Below, one piece after another: positions 21,226 through 32,489 of a DNA stretch of 64,000 nucleotides; position 1 is the stretch's first letter; every line of letters starts with the position of its first letter. The notes beneath the pieces are model-generated. The model saw only the letters and a list, made by a program, of their open reading frames with translations, searched no databases and was not told the DNA's origin. A program made the position numbers and the translations under genes. This DNA is from Bacteroidota bacterium (GTDB lineage Bacteria; Bacteroidota; Ignavibacteria; UBA10030; UBA8401), in assembly GCA_030679145.1 (NCBI GenBank), contig JAUXTU010000057.1, positions 1,220-65,219 of the forward strand, given 5' to 3'.

Positions 21226-21828
21226 GTGAGAGTCATTTTTGTCACTGTATTTATTGTCCTTGCAGATCAACTCACGAAGTTCATGATCAAAGGAATTGAT
21301 ATTCCAATGCTCGATATCTCACTGAAAGGAATGCCGTTGGGGAATTCGATTCCTGTGTTTGGAGATTTCCTTCGGATCACATTCATTGAAAACCCGGGCA
21401 TGGCGTTTGGTATTGAAGTTGTTGACGGGAAGATATTTCTTACACTGTTTTCAATCTTAGCCAGTGTTGGAATACTATTCTATCTTTACATAATGCGAAA
21501 AGAGAAATTATTATTTCGACTCTCATTGGCTCTTATTCTCGGTGGAGCGATTGGCAATCTGATTGATAGGGTTTTTTACGGGGTGATTTACGGTGAATCT
21601 ACACTATTTCACGGTAAGGTTGTCGATTTTATCGATGTCGATTTTTTCAATATCGACTTTTTAGGATTTCAATTGTCCAGATTTTGGGTGTTCAATATTG
21701 CTGATGCGTCAGTATCGATCGGTGTCATCATGATGCTGCTATTTCATCGGTCGTTTGTTGATCAAGACGAGCAACTTCCGGAAATACAATCAACGGAAAC
21801 TTCTTCAGGAACGACACCTTCAGTTTAA
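21226..21828 (+). CDS. lspA: Lipoprotein signal peptidase II
   Basis: DQLTK, NPGMAFG, GGAIGNLIDR, VVDFI, VFNIAD; GTG start at 21226 chosen instead of the track start. Confidence 0.93.
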   Translation: MRVIFVTVFIVLADQLTKFMIKGIDIPMLDISLKGMPLGNSIPVFGDFLRITFIENPGMAFGIEVVDGKIFLTLFSILASVGILFYLYIMRKEKLLFRLSLALILGGAIGNLIDRVFYGVIYGESTLFHGKVVDFIDVDFFNIDFLGFQLSRFWVFNIADASVSIGVIMMLLFHRSFVDQDEQLPEIQSTETSSGTTPSV

Positions 21829-21853
21829 AATGAAATTATTTATTATTGATGTT

Positions 21854-21882
21854 ATGCCCGCCAAAGGCGGGCATCTCTTTTT
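21854..21882 (+). terminator. Hairpin/terminator between lspA and the RluA-family gene
   Basis: ATGCCCGCC-AAA-GGCGGGCAT followed by CTCTTTTT. Confidence 0.6.
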
Positions 21883-21894
21883 CAGGCATTCTCA

Positions 21895-22878
21895 ATGAAG
21901 AATCATTTTGAAATTCGTATTCCACCGGGACAGACAAAAGAACGTTTGGATGTGTATTTGACCGCGCATACGGAAAATGCGACGAGAAACAAAGTTCAGG
22001 AAGCGATCAAGAACGGTGAAGTACTTGTTAATGGAAAATTGGTAAAGCCAAGTTATGTAATTTTAGGAAACGATCTTATCGAAATAAACCTGCACCGTCC
22101 CGATCCGCCGGAAGTGAAAGCAGAGAATATTCCGTTAGAGATAGTGTATGAAGATGATTATCTACTTGTCGTGAACAAACCGGCCGGGATGGTAACACAT
22201 CCGGCGTATAAAAATTATTCGGGAACTCTCGTTAACGCCTTGATGCATCATTCCGAAAAACTTTCTCAGCTTCATTCAGAGGATGATGAAGAATTTGATA
22301 TTGTCCGCCCTGGAATTGTCCATCGGCTTGATAAGGATACAAGTGGATTATTGGTTGTTGCAAAAGATGAAACGTCGCATCAGAAACTGGCGAAACAGTT
22401 TGCAGCAAAAACATCAGAGCGCGAATACAATGCGATCGTGTGGGGAAAATTCAAACAGAAAACGGGAATAATTGATGCTCCGTTAGGTAGAAGTAAAAGT
22501 GACAGAAAGAAAGTAGCAGTTGTTGCAGACGGAAAGAATGCTGTTACTGAGTATGAAGTGATTGAGCAATTTGATTATCTGTCATTAGTAAAACTCCACC
22601 TTCGTACCGGACGAACGCATCAGATTCGTGTTCATCTTTCGCACATTCATCATCCAGTTTTTGGTGATGAAACGTATGGGGGAAGAGAGATCGTTGTCGG
22701 CGGGATTGAAGGGAAGAAGAAAGCTGAAGTGAAAAATCTTCTTGAAATGATGCCACGTCAAGCACTTCACGCAAAAAAACTCGGATTTGTCCATCCTGTC
22801 TCAAAAAAAATGTTGCGGTTTGAAAGTGAATTACCTGAGGATATGCAGATAGTGCTGAAGTTATTGCGAAAGAGTTGA
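21895..22878 (+). CDS. rluD: RluA-family 23S rRNA pseudouridine synthase (RluD)
   Basis: S4 domain, VNKPAGMVTHP, RPGIVHRLDKDTSGL, TGRTHQIRVH, RQALHA. Confidence 0.9.
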   Translation: MKNHFEIRIPPGQTKERLDVYLTAHTENATRNKVQEAIKNGEVLVNGKLVKPSYVILGNDLIEINLHRPDPPEVKAENIPLEIVYEDDYLLVVNKPAGMVTHPAYKNYSGTLVNALMHHSEKLSQLHSEDDEEFDIVRPGIVHRLDKDTSGLLVVAKDETSHQKLAKQFAAKTSEREYNAIVWGKFKQKTGIIDAPLGRSKSDRKKVAVVADGKNAVTEYEVIEQFDYLSLVKLHLRTGRTHQIRVHLSHIHHPVFGDETYGGREIVVGGIEGKKKAEVKNLLEMMPRQALHAKKLGFVHPVSKKMLRFESELPEDMQIVLKLLRKS

Positions 22879-22891
22879 TTTTACAGAAGTA

Positions 22892-23716
22892 TTATTTCTT
22901 CTGTAATTCCAACGCAATACGCTCTAAACTTGGAATAAAATCCATCACAAACACTTCTTCAGTTTGAGTAAGATTTACGGTCGGGGAGACCTCGATTTTT
23001 TTGAAAAGACTGTTTGGTATCTCATTCACTGCTGTGACAATTCCAATCTTAATTCCCGGAGGGAAAGCATTGCTATATTCAGATGTTATAATGGCATCAC
23101 CCACTTTTACATCTAATGTTTTTGCTACATTTTTGAATAGCAGAGTTTTTCCATCCCACGCAATTATTCCATCCACGCGGCTTCGTTGAATTTTAGCACT
23201 TGCTCGAAAGTCCACATTCACAATCATTTGCCCAATAGCATAACCATCGCTTGCAGCCACAACTCTTCCTATTAATCCTTCTCCTGTAACGATAGGATTT
23301 CCGATATGAATGCTATCATCGGTCCCAACATCAATGGTCAATGTATTGCGGAGAAGATTGAAATTCTTTGCGACAACTTTTGCTGATATCAATTCTATAG
23401 CGGACGTTTCCTGTAAAGCGATCATTGAGCGGAGGCGGATATTTTCCAGTCGTGATTCTCGAAGTTGATTTACTTCATCAGCAAGATTAACATTTACTTT
23501 CCGTAATAATTCATTCTCTCGCTGCAGTGCAGTCAAGTTGGGAAGGAATGAAAATGTTTTTTGGATGACACCCAGCGATCCGACAGTCAATGATCTGATC
23601 TGTCGAATTTGTGTATTATCATTGATTACAAGCAGTGCGAGTGATATTGAAACAAGCACAACCAGTAAAACATATTCTTTGAACAGGAAAAAATATTGAT
23701 AGAGACGTTGAATCAT
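22892..23716 (-). CDS. mreC: Rod shape-determining protein MreC
   Basis: N-terminal TM helix, coiled coil ENELLR...ENIRLR, GLIGRV, TSEYSNAFPPGI.IG; follows mreB. Confidence 0.92.
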   Translation of the reverse strand: MIQRLYQYFFLFKEYVLLVVLVSISLALLVINDNTQIRQIRSLTVGSLGVIQKTFSFLPNLTALQRENELLRKVNVNLADEVNQLRESRLENIRLRSMIALQETSAIELISAKVVAKNFNLLRNTLTIDVGTDDSIHIGNPIVTGEGLIGRVVAASDGYAIGQMIVNVDFRASAKIQRSRVDGIIAWDGKTLLFKNVAKTLDVKVGDAIITSEYSNAFPPGIKIGIVTAVNEIPNSLFKKIEVSPTVNLTQTEEVFVMDFIPSLERIALELQKK

Positions 23717-23722
23717 TACCTA

Positions 23723-24748
23723 TTAGTATCGTCTGCTGGTAAGAAGAACTTTTTGATATTTTTCGAGATTCTCAAGAACTCGTCCTGTTCCGCGAACAAC
23801 TGCCGTCAGTGGATCTTCGGCAACGTGAACAGGAAGATTTGTTTCTAATCGGAGTCGCTCATCAAGTCCCTTGATCAATGCACCGCCTCCGGTCAGCATA
23901 ATACCGCGATCAAGTATATCAGATGCAAGTTCCGGAGGAGTTCGTTCCAGCGTCATTTTTACGCCGTCGATAATTGAAGAGATATTTTCATTCAATGCTT
24001 CTCTGATCTCGACTGAACTTGCTTCCGTTGTTTTTGGAATACCATTGACAAGGTCTCGACCTTTTACTTGGATGGTCACTTCTTCTTTCATCGGCATTAC
24101 GGAACCGACTTCGCACTTGATCGCCTCGGCCGTTCGTTCGCCGATAAGAATATTGTGATTCTTTTTAAAGAATTGAATGATTGCATTATTCAGTTCATCG
24201 CCGGCAATACGGATCGATTCTTCATTCACGATTCCAGAAAGAGCGATAACAGCTATTTCTGTCGTTCCGCCACCAATATCGACGATCATATTTCCAACCG
24301 GAGCTTCAACATCCAATCCAATACCGATCGCCGCTGCCATTGGCTCAGCAATCAAATGAACTTCTTTTGCTCCTGCATGTTCTGCTGAATCGCGTACCGC
24401 ACGTTTTTCAACTTCGGTAACACCGCTGGGAACACATACAACAATTCTTCTACTTGGCATCCAACTGGAATGGATCTTCTTAATAAACTCACGCAACATT
24501 CCTTCCGCGATTTCAAAATCCGCGATCACGCCGTCACGCATTGGACGAATTGTACGGATATCGCGATGTGTTCTGCCAAGCATCTCTCTCGCTTCATTTC
24601 CAATTGCAACAATTTTTTTTGTGTTACGATCAAACGCCACGATTGAAGGTTCGTTCAGCACAATGCCTTTGCCCTTCATGTAGATAAGCGTGTTTGCCGT
24701 ACCCAAATCGATGGCGATATCCGCCGAAAAATAATCTAATAAACCCAT
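23723..24748 (-). CDS. mreB: Rod shape-determining protein MreB
   Basis: IAIDLGTANTL, PMRDGVIADF, VDIGGGTTE, LTGGGAL. Confidence 0.97.
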   Translation of the reverse strand: MGLLDYFSADIAIDLGTANTLIYMKGKGIVLNEPSIVAFDRNTKKIVAIGNEAREMLGRTHRDIRTIRPMRDGVIADFEIAEGMLREFIKKIHSSWMPSRRIVVCVPSGVTEVEKRAVRDSAEHAGAKEVHLIAEPMAAAIGIGLDVEAPVGNMIVDIGGGTTEIAVIALSGIVNEESIRIAGDELNNAIIQFFKKNHNILIGERTAEAIKCEVGSVMPMKEEVTIQVKGRDLVNGIPKTTEASSVEIREALNENISSIIDGVKMTLERTPPELASDILDRGIMLTGGGALIKGLDERLRLETNLPVHVAEDPLTAVVRGTGRVLENLEKYQKVLLTSRRY

Positions 24749-24757
24749 AATGATTTT

Positions 24758-26290
24758 TTAATGTTTAAAGTGACGAATTCCAGTAAATACCATTGCAATA
24801 TTATTCTCATCTGCAACTTGGATTACTTCATTATCGCGAATAGAACCTCCAGGTTGGATAACTGCTGTTGCACCCGCATTTACTGCTTCAAGTAATCCAT
24901 CGGCGAAGGGAAAGAAGGCATCAGATGCAACAACACTCCCCTGCAAAGATAGATTACTTTCCTTTGATTTCCATACTGCAATTTTCGACGAATCAACCCG
25001 AGACATTTGTCCCGCGCCAACACCAAGAGTGCGGTCTTTCAAACCATACACAATTGCATTGGATTTTACGTGTTTTGCAACTCTCCAATTGAACATCATT
25101 GCTTCCATTTCATCAGCAGTTGGCCGGCGTTTGGTGACTACTTTTAACTGTTCACTCGAGATTTGGGTTAAATCCTTTGATTGGACAAGCACTCCTCCCG
25201 ATATTGACCGAATATCAAAGCCGCGCGATTCTGTCTTAAGGATTTGAACGATCCGTCTGTCTTTTTTCTTCATCAGAAAATCGAGCACGCCTGGTTCAAA
25301 TAAAGGGGCAAGTATGATCTCTGTGAAGATCTCATTCATCGCTTCAGCCGCTTTCAAATCAAACGGACGATTGACGGCGATGATTCCGCCAAATGGAGCC
25401 TTTGTATCGGTCGCAAATGCTTTGCGATAAGCTTCAGTTAATGAATCTGCACTTCCAACACCACAAGGATTCGTATGTTTAACAATAACAACGGTTGGTG
25501 TTTCAAATTCGCTGACAAGTGCTACGGCAGCATTTGCGTCGATAATATTATTAAACGAAAGTTCTTTCCCGTGTAATTTTTTAAATGTCTCTTCATATTT
25601 ACCATACAACGCTGCTGACTGGTGTGGATTTTCTCCATATCGAAGATCTGCATATTTCTTTAATGAAAATGAAAATGTTTCCGGAAGCGAAGTGTGATCT
25701 GAAGTACGTAAAAGATATTCGGAAATTGTTGTGTCGTAATGTGCTGTATGTTGAAATACTTCTTTCGCCAATTCAAAACAGGTAACTTCACTAATGCATC
25801 CATCGTGGTCTTTCAATTCTTTTAGAACTGATTCATATCGATTATGATTGACGATCACCGCAGTAAACCGATAATTTTTTGCTGCTGAGCGAAGCATTGT
25901 CGGTCCGCCAATATCAATATTCTCAATAGCTTCTTCTAAAGGAACATTCGGCTTTGCAATGGTCTCTTCAAATGGATATAAATTCACTACAACAAGATCG
26001 ATTGGTTGAATATTATGTTGCTCTAACTGCCGGCAATGCGAAGGATTATCAAGCACTGCAAGTAATCCGGCATGGACTGCGGGATGAAGAGTTTTAACTC
26101 TGCCATCGAGTATTTCCGGAAAACCGGTGATCTCTGAAATCTGTTTTACCGGTATATTATTTGATGTTAACAAGCTATAAGTACCGCCGGTGGAAATTAT
26201 CTCTACGTTTGCTTTTTGTAACTCTTTTGCAAATTCAACGATTCCTTTTTTATCTGATACACTGATGAGTGCGCGTTTGATCTTAAGCAA
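24758..26290 (-). CDS. purH: Bifunctional AICAR transformylase/IMP cyclohydrolase
   Basis: [50 protein letters not shown]. Confidence 0.97.
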   Translation of the reverse strand: MLKIKRALISVSDKKGIVEFAKELQKANVEIISTGGTYSLLTSNNIPVKQISEITGFPEILDGRVKTLHPAVHAGLLAVLDNPSHCRQLEQHNIQPIDLVVVNLYPFEETIAKPNVPLEEAIENIDIGGPTMLRSAAKNYRFTAVIVNHNRYESVLKELKDHDGCISEVTCFELAKEVFQHTAHYDTTISEYLLRTSDHTSLPETFSFSLKKYADLRYGENPHQSAALYGKYEETFKKLHGKELSFNNIIDANAAVALVSEFETPTVVIVKHTNPCGVGSADSLTEAYRKAFATDTKAPFGGIIAVNRPFDLKAAEAMNEIFTEIILAPLFEPGVLDFLMKKKDRRIVQILKTESRGFDIRSISGGVLVQSKDLTQISSEQLKVVTKRRPTADEMEAMMFNWRVAKHVKSNAIVYGLKDRTLGVGAGQMSRVDSSKIAVWKSKESNLSLQGSVVASDAFFPFADGLLEAVNAGATAVIQPGGSIRDNEVIQVADENNIAMVFTGIRHFKH

Positions 26291-26308
26291 TGCGTAAATT
26301 CCTTTGGT

Positions 26309-26893
26309 TCATATTTTTTCTGAAATTATTTTTATGACTGATGGAAGAAGTTCGTGTTCGATTTTTAATACTTTTGCCGCGAGAGAATCAGGAGTGTCGC
26401 TCGGATCGATGTTGATCTTTTGCTGACGAATAATTTCTCCCCTATCATAATCCTCATTGATATAATGAACCGTTGCACCGGATTCTTTTTCTTTGGCAGC
26501 AATCACCGCATTGTGAACATTCATTCCAAACATTCCTTCACCTCCGTATTTTGGAAGCAGTGCAGGATGAATATTGATAATACGGTTTGGAAACGCACGT
26601 GTAATTGCAGGATCCATTTTTTTCATATATCCGGCTAACACGATGAAGTTCACATTAAATGTTTGAAGTGTTTCGAGAATCTTTTGTTGAAACAAACTCG
26701 AATCTGGAAACTGTCGCTGACTAATGTGAAAAGCCGGAATATTAAAAGACTGCGCAAGAGTTAAAGCACCAGAAGAAGAATTGTTGCTGATAACAACAAC
26801 GATCTTTGCCGGAATTTTTTGATCAGCAATTGCATTATGAAGAGCTTCAAAATTGGAACCTCGACCGGAAGCAAAAATAGCAATATGTAACAC
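26309..26893 (-). CDS. purN: Phosphoribosylglycinamide formyltransferase
   Basis: ASGRGSNFEA, LAGYM, INIHPALLPKYGG, GATVH, YDRG.II. Confidence 0.95.
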   Translation of the reverse strand: MLHIAIFASGRGSNFEALHNAIADQKIPAKIVVVISNNSSSGALTLAQSFNIPAFHISQRQFPDSSLFQQKILETLQTFNVNFIVLAGYMKKMDPAITRAFPNRIINIHPALLPKYGGEGMFGMNVHNAVIAAKEKESGATVHYINEDYDRGEIIRQQKINIDPSDTPDSLAAKVLKIEHELLPSVIKIISEKI

Positions 26894-27020
26894 GCAAAAA
26901 TTCCTTCAACAGAGCAAAACATCCAAAAATCAATACAAATGTAAGCACAATTGCACGGTTTGTCAATGAAAAGCAGTGAAAAATCACTGATTTATCAATC
27001 TTTTTTGCAATTCTATTAGA

Positions 27021-27962
27021 TTAGCGAACGCCCGATTCTAAAAATGTTAAACTATTTTTAGCACTATCAAGTGTTGCACGGATCCCGATCGGGATTGTTA
27101 ATTTTTGGGGAACATGACCATACACGAGCCCAGTTACAACGGGCTTCTTTAAGTTAGCTAGGTAATCATCCATTACCTGCTCAACGGTTAAGAAAGGTTT
27201 TGTTGTATCAGAAGCTTTTACATCAGTCAGCTCACACATGATAACTCCGTTCGCATCATCAAGAATATTTGTAATACGAAGCTGGTTCATCATTCGGTCG
27301 AAACGGTAACTTTCTTCTTCGATCTCTTCAATAAATAACAATGATTTCTTGAAAGAAGGGAGATATTTGCTTCCGGCAAGAGTAACTATCAGAGAAAGAT
27401 TCCCACCGAGAAGTATTCCAGAAGCTTTTCCTTTAACGAGTGATTGCAATTTTCTTTCAGAAGGATTCCGAACGATTCCCATTTTTTTTGTTGAAGTGAT
27501 ACACGCCCAAAAATTTTCTTCTGTGAAGGGATCAATCCCTTTGAACATCTCAACGCCAGCCATTGGGCCGGAAAACGTAATAAGGCCGGTTTTTCTAAAT
27601 ATTGCCAATTGAAGTGCAGTAAGATCACTATATCCAATAAGGATTTTTGGATTTTTTTTAATTACAGAATAGTCTATTAACGGAAGTAAACGAGGCGTAC
27701 CGTATCCGCCGCGAACTGCAATGATTGCTTTTACATCCTTATCCGCAAACATGGTATTAATATCATCTGCTCGTTCTTTGTCTGTTCCTGCAAGGTATCC
27801 ATATATCTTTCGGACATTTTTTCCGAGTTTTACACGATAACCAAGCCGTTCAAGATATTCAGCGCCTTTGGTGATCTTTTCAGGAGCACTGGGAGGACTG
27901 GCAGGAGCGATAATTCCAATAGTATCTCCTTTTTTAAGAGCATAAGGTTTTATTGTTATCAT
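27021..27962 (-). CDS. ldcA: LD-carboxypeptidase (peptidase S66)
   Basis: RGGYG, GYSDLTAL (Ser), GGNL, FIEEI (Glu), YGH (His). Confidence 0.9.
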   Translation of the reverse strand: MITIKPYALKKGDTIGIIAPASPPSAPEKITKGAEYLERLGYRVKLGKNVRKIYGYLAGTDKERADDINTMFADKDVKAIIAVRGGYGTPRLLPLIDYSVIKKNPKILIGYSDLTALQLAIFRKTGLITFSGPMAGVEMFKGIDPFTEENFWACITSTKKMGIVRNPSERKLQSLVKGKASGILLGGNLSLIVTLAGSKYLPSFKKSLLFIEEIEEESYRFDRMMNQLRITNILDDANGVIMCELTDVKASDTTKPFLTVEQVMDDYLANLKKPVVTGLVYGHVPQKLTIPIGIRATLDSAKNSLTFLESGVR

Positions 27963-27964
27963 AA

Positions 27965-28786
27965 TTATTTTTTAATTTCAACTACATGAAAAGTATAAGC
28001 AGCACTGAGTTCAAAACCTTCTGCATTATCTGACAAAGAAAAATTTTTGATACCAAATAATTTTATGGAAAGATCGTCAGTAATATTTGTCTCTAGGCCA
28101 AGTTTTGCGTTTGATAGATGCTGAACAGCAATCCCGCTGTGCCCTCGTCGGCCAGAAGATTGAGCGCGCAAATAAGTTGCTTCACCTACCGGTATGGAGT
28201 ATTCAATCCCATACATAAAAATATCGTGTTGCGAACTGACAAGCGTTGGGTCTCCCAGCACTCCCAAACCGGCATTGATCGTCCACATCCCGACAAAATG
28301 TTTTTGAAATAATAATGAGGAAAAGAAATTCATTTCGTCAATTCCAAGACCAGACTCGTTGCTTGTGTTGGGAAGTTGAATTCCGAAGCGAACTGAAAAT
28401 CCAATTCCTGTTGAATATTCATTTAATACACTAAATTTTGTCCATAATGAAAAATCACCAATATCTGCTGTGGGATTGTTTGTGGTTGTTATTCCAGAAT
28501 TGACTGCAGGATGTCGATTAGTGATATCCAGCAAATTTAACAGCGTTCCGTCAGCTTGAAGTTCAACATATCCGCTGAGTGATATGCCGAATCGCAAATT
28601 TCCGAATTTCCAAAGATTTCCCTCTAAACCTGAAAGGGGGAATGGTTGCTGACGAAAATGAGCGGCTCCTAACTCTATTTGAGCATGTCCTGGTTCTAGA
28701 AGAGTCGGAGATTCAACGGCAAGCAGATGCTGTTGAGAAAAAAGAATTGCGGGGAGGATACAAAGAAGAAGTAAAGTTCTCTTCAA
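27965..28786 (-). CDS. Exported hypothetical protein, possibly an outer-membrane beta-barrel
   Basis: Signal-peptide-like start after TTG 28786 (AGGA RBS upstream); alternating beta-strand patterns. The track start at 28828 falls inside the nuoF terminator. Confidence 0.5.
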   Translation of the reverse strand: MKRTLLLLCILPAILFSQQHLLAVESPTLLEPGHAQIELGAAHFRQQPFPLSGLEGNLWKFGNLRFGISLSGYVELQADGTLLNLLDITNRHPAVNSGITTTNNPTADIGDFSLWTKFSVLNEYSTGIGFSVRFGIQLPNTSNESGLGIDEMNFFSSLLFQKHFVGMWTINAGLGVLGDPTLVSSQHDIFMYGIEYSIPVGEATYLRAQSSGRRGHSGIAVQHLSNAKLGLETNITDDLSIKLFGIKNFSLSDNAEGFELSAAYTFHVVEIKK

Positions 28787-28812
28787 ATTAATCCTATAAT
28801 AAATGAAGGAAT

Positions 28813-28847
28813 AACAAAACGCCGGCAAATTTTGTCGGCGTTTTGTT
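28813..28847 (-). terminator. Terminator closing the nuoA-F operon
   Basis: AACAAAACGCCGGC-AAATTTT-GTCGGCGTTTTGTT inverted repeat just downstream of the nuoF stop. Confidence 0.7.
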
Positions 28848-28857
28848 TATTGTCAAC

Positions 28858-30120
28858 CTATGCAGCTTCTGTTTCTTTATGCTTTACTCGTTGTTCAAAT
28901 TCTTCACGAAACCGTTTTACGAAACTTTGCACAGGCCAAGCGGCTGCATCACCAAGCGCACAAATCGTATTTCCTTCGATTTGATTAGCGACATTCACTA
29001 ACATATCAACATCTTCCGGTCGTGCTTCGTAATGTTCGAAACGGTGGAGCATTTTTTCGAGCCATCCGGTTCCTTCTCTGCATGGTGTACATTGTCCGCA
29101 CGATTCGTGATGATAAAAATGTGCAATGCGTGCTAAAACTCTTACAAGATCTGTATCTTCATCCATCACAATCAATCCTGCTGTACCAACGGATGAACCC
29201 GCAGCCTTCAATGAATCCGCATCCATGTTCACACCATCAAGTTTTTCGCCGCGCAACACCATTGTTGATGATCCGCCGGGAATAACAGCCTTGATTTTTT
29301 TCCCATTCAAAACACCGCCGCCATATTGCAGATCGTTGATCAATGTTAATAAGGGAACACCTGTCGGAATCTCATACACTCCCGGTTTATTGACATGACC
29401 GCTGATTCCAACAAGAATTGGTCCCGGATGTTTTGCAACTCCAATCTTGGAGTACCATTCTGATCCTTTGTTGATGATGAGAGGGATATTCGTCATTGTT
29501 TCAACATTATTGATGGTAGTCGGAGCCGCCCATAATCCTTTTTGTGCAGGGAATGGGGGTTTCATTCGAGGGTAACCGCGGTCACCTTCAAGCGAGTTCA
29601 TCAATGAAGATTCTTCGCCGCAGATATATGCCCCAGCACCTTTGTGCGTATAGATGTTTGTTGAAAATCCTGAACCGAGAATATTTTCCCCAATGTACCC
29701 TTTGGCGTAAGTATCAGCCAATGCTTTGTCAACCATTTTAATCCACTTGCCATATTCACCTCGAATATAGATATACGCTGCAGTAATACCCATTGCGTAA
29801 CAACCGATGATAATTCCCTCGATCATCATATGAGGGTTGAATTCAAAGATCTGCCGGTCTTTGAATGTACCGGGTTCAGATTCATCCCCATTTACCGCAA
29901 GATACTTTGGCTTATCATTTCCCTTCGGCATAAATGACCATTTCATTCCGGTTGGGAAACATGCGCCGCCCCGCCCACGCAGTCCAGATTTTTTTACCTC
30001 ATCAATTACTTCATCCGGCTTCATCGTTAACACTTTCTTTAACGCAGAATATCCGCCGTGCTGTTCGTAAACATCAATGAGTTGGTAATCTTTTATTTCA
30101 GGGAGAATATACTTTTCCAT
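28858..30120 (-). CDS. nuoF: NADH-quinone oxidoreductase subunit F
   Basis: GLRGRGGA.FPTG.KW, NGDESEPGTFKD, GAYICGEE, ESCGQCTPCREG, TICALG. Confidence 0.96.
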   Translation of the reverse strand: MEKYILPEIKDYQLIDVYEQHGGYSALKKVLTMKPDEVIDEVKKSGLRGRGGACFPTGMKWSFMPKGNDKPKYLAVNGDESEPGTFKDRQIFEFNPHMMIEGIIIGCYAMGITAAYIYIRGEYGKWIKMVDKALADTYAKGYIGENILGSGFSTNIYTHKGAGAYICGEESSLMNSLEGDRGYPRMKPPFPAQKGLWAAPTTINNVETMTNIPLIINKGSEWYSKIGVAKHPGPILVGISGHVNKPGVYEIPTGVPLLTLINDLQYGGGVLNGKKIKAVIPGGSSTMVLRGEKLDGVNMDADSLKAAGSSVGTAGLIVMDEDTDLVRVLARIAHFYHHESCGQCTPCREGTGWLEKMLHRFEHYEARPEDVDMLVNVANQIEGNTICALGDAAAWPVQSFVKRFREEFEQRVKHKETEAA

Positions 30121-30155
30121 AATCTCAAATTAAATTCTTGGTAAAAATCCTGTAA

Positions 30156-30620
30156 TTATTTCAAACTTGAAAGTAATTGCATTGTTCTTTCAGGGGTAAG
30201 ATGTTCGTGGTATTCCTCTCCAATTGCAAGCATCGGCGCGCCACCGCATGCCCCCATACATTCAACTTCACTGATCGTGAATTTTCCATCTAATGATGTT
30301 GAACCGAGTTTTGTACCGCAAGCCTTTTCGACAGCCGAGAGAATTTTATCTGAACCGCGCAATAGGCAAGAGACATTAGTACAAACTTCGATATGATACT
30401 TTCCGAGTTTCTTGTCATTGTACATTGTATAAAATGTAACGACACCCATTACGTGAGCGTACGGAACCCCGACAAGATCTCCGATATATTTCATCATCTC
30501 TTGAGAGATCCAGCCTTCTTGTTCTTGTGCAACCCACAGAATTGGAAGGAGGGCAGCTTTTTTTGCGGGATATTTTTTGAATAGAGTTTCTACTTTTTGA
30601 AGATTTTCTTGATTAAGCAT
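30156..30620 (-). CDS. nuoE: NADH-quinone oxidoreductase subunit E
   Basis: CTNVSC...ECMGAC 2Fe-2S ligands. Confidence 0.95.
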   Translation of the reverse strand: MLNQENLQKVETLFKKYPAKKAALLPILWVAQEQEGWISQEMMKYIGDLVGVPYAHVMGVVTFYTMYNDKKLGKYHIEVCTNVSCLLRGSDKILSAVEKACGTKLGSTSLDGKFTISEVECMGACGGAPMLAIGEEYHEHLTPERTMQLLSSLK

Positions 30621-30687
30621 ATAAAGACAGAATGTATGGTAAAAAATAAACTTCCAAAATGGTTCTCACTTCGGAAGTATCAAAAAA

Positions 30688-31944
30688 TTACTTATCAGCT
30701 TCACCCATTACCGGATCGAGACTTCCAAGCACAGCAACAATATCGGATATCATTCCACCCTCAACTAATTGTGAAGTTGATTGTAAATTCATGAATGAAG
30801 GGGAACGGATCTTCAATCTCCAGGGATGACCTTCACCGCGCGACTGGATATAGAATCCAAGTTCACCTTTTGATGCTTCGACTGCATGATATATCTCGCC
30901 AACCGGAGGATTCACTCCAAAATTGATAAGCATAAAGTCGTGGATCAATTCCTCCATTCGCGTATAAATTTGCTCTTTTCTGGGAAGGACTTTCTTTGGT
31001 TCGTTCGCATGCACAATACCGGATGGCATCTTATCTAAACATTGCTGAACAATTTTAACACTTTCTTTTACTTCATTCAATCGCACGTAATACCGAGCAA
31101 GACAATCACCGTCATTAAGAACTGGGATATTAAAATCGAGTTCATTATACACGAGATACGGCTGAGTTCTTCTAAGATCATGTTTAAGACCAACAGCACG
31201 AATATTTGGTCCGCTCATTCCCATTGCAATTGCCTGTTCGCGGGTAATCACTCCAACGCCATCCAGGCGTTCAACAAAAATTCTGTTGGTGTTCAGCATG
31301 GTGATACATTCATTGAACTTTTCCGGGAACTGCTCGATGAATTCTTTGACTGCCGTAATAACTTCTGGTGTCATATCGTGAGCAAGTCCACCGATACGTG
31401 TAAAACTTGTTGTAAAGCGCGCACCGGTCAACAATTCAAAAATATCATACATCTTTTCACGTTCGCGAAATGTCCAGGTAAAGACGGTCAATGCGCCAAC
31501 GTCCATTGCCAATGCACCTATTCCCAATAAATGTGAAGAAATACGAGCCATTTCAGAAATAATTGTTCGGATATATTGTGCTCGTCTAGGTGCTTCAATA
31601 CCGACAAGTTTCTCTACAGCGAGAACGTATGCGGTATTATTCATTAATGGTGAAAGGTAATCAAGTCGGTCGGTGTGGGGAATAAATTCGTGGTAGGAAA
31701 CATTCTCTGCTAGCTTTTCATAGCCACGGTGTAGATATCCTAATTCAGGAATACATGCTGCAACCGTCTCACCATCCAACTTAATTAAAAGACGTAATAC
31801 ACCATGGGTTGCAGGATGCTGCGGTCCCATATTCAAGATCATTTCATTATCGAGCGCATCGTCAAAATAGACGCTGGTGTTTTTATTCTCAAGTGCGGCA
31901 AGTATCCGTTGCTGCCGAACATCCATTGCTTGTTCAATATTCAT
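30688..31944 (-). CDS. nuoD: NADH-quinone oxidoreductase subunit D
   Basis: NMGPQHPATHGVLR, GYLHRG.EK, RLDY, D.VMGEADK. Confidence 0.96.
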   Translation of the reverse strand: MNIEQAMDVRQQRILAALENKNTSVYFDDALDNEMILNMGPQHPATHGVLRLLIKLDGETVAACIPELGYLHRGYEKLAENVSYHEFIPHTDRLDYLSPLMNNTAYVLAVEKLVGIEAPRRAQYIRTIISEMARISSHLLGIGALAMDVGALTVFTWTFREREKMYDIFELLTGARFTTSFTRIGGLAHDMTPEVITAVKEFIEQFPEKFNECITMLNTNRIFVERLDGVGVITREQAIAMGMSGPNIRAVGLKHDLRRTQPYLVYNELDFNIPVLNDGDCLARYYVRLNEVKESVKIVQQCLDKMPSGIVHANEPKKVLPRKEQIYTRMEELIHDFMLINFGVNPPVGEIYHAVEASKGELGFYIQSRGEGHPWRLKIRSPSFMNLQSTSQLVEGGMISDIVAVLGSLDPVMGEADK

Positions 31945-31973
31945 TATGTCAGGGCTCTATTATATAGAAGAAT

Positions 31974-32456
31974 TTATTTTCTGGGAAGCGGAATTGAATC
32001 TGGTACACCCATCATTGGAAAATCTTTTCTCAGCGGGAAGTACTCAAATTCTTCCGGCATATACATTCTGCGCAGATCATCGTGTCCATCGAAAATGATG
32101 CCAAACATATCGTAGGTCTCACGTTCAGGCCAATTTGCTCCAGGCCAAACGGATATTACTGATGGGCAATGCAAATCTGCTTCATCGACAAATACTTTAA
32201 GACGAATGCGATGTTTATATGATAGAGAGTAGAGGTTATATATTATTTCAAAGCGATTTTCTGGAGTATATGCATCTGCACCGCAGATATCGCTGCAATA
32301 ATTGAATAAACCTGCTTCGTCATTCCTTAGGAACGCACAAACATTCAAAATATCTTCTTTTTTAACATGAACAGTGGTTTCACCTCGAAATTCACGAACA
32401 CCAAGAATACTATTGGGGAATTGTGCTTTTAGTTTTTCTACGACAGTAGTCAGCAT
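31974..32456 (-). CDS. nuoC: NADH-quinone oxidoreductase subunit C
   Basis: RFEIIYNL, ANWPERETYDMFGI.F.GH.DLRR, PLRKDFP. Confidence 0.95.
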   Translation of the reverse strand: MLTTVVEKLKAQFPNSILGVREFRGETTVHVKKEDILNVCAFLRNDEAGLFNYCSDICGADAYTPENRFEIIYNLYSLSYKHRIRLKVFVDEADLHCPSVISVWPGANWPERETYDMFGIIFDGHDDLRRMYMPEEFEYFPLRKDFPMMGVPDSIPLPRK

Positions 32457-32489
32457 ATTGGAAGAACCATTCGTACAATGACAAAAATT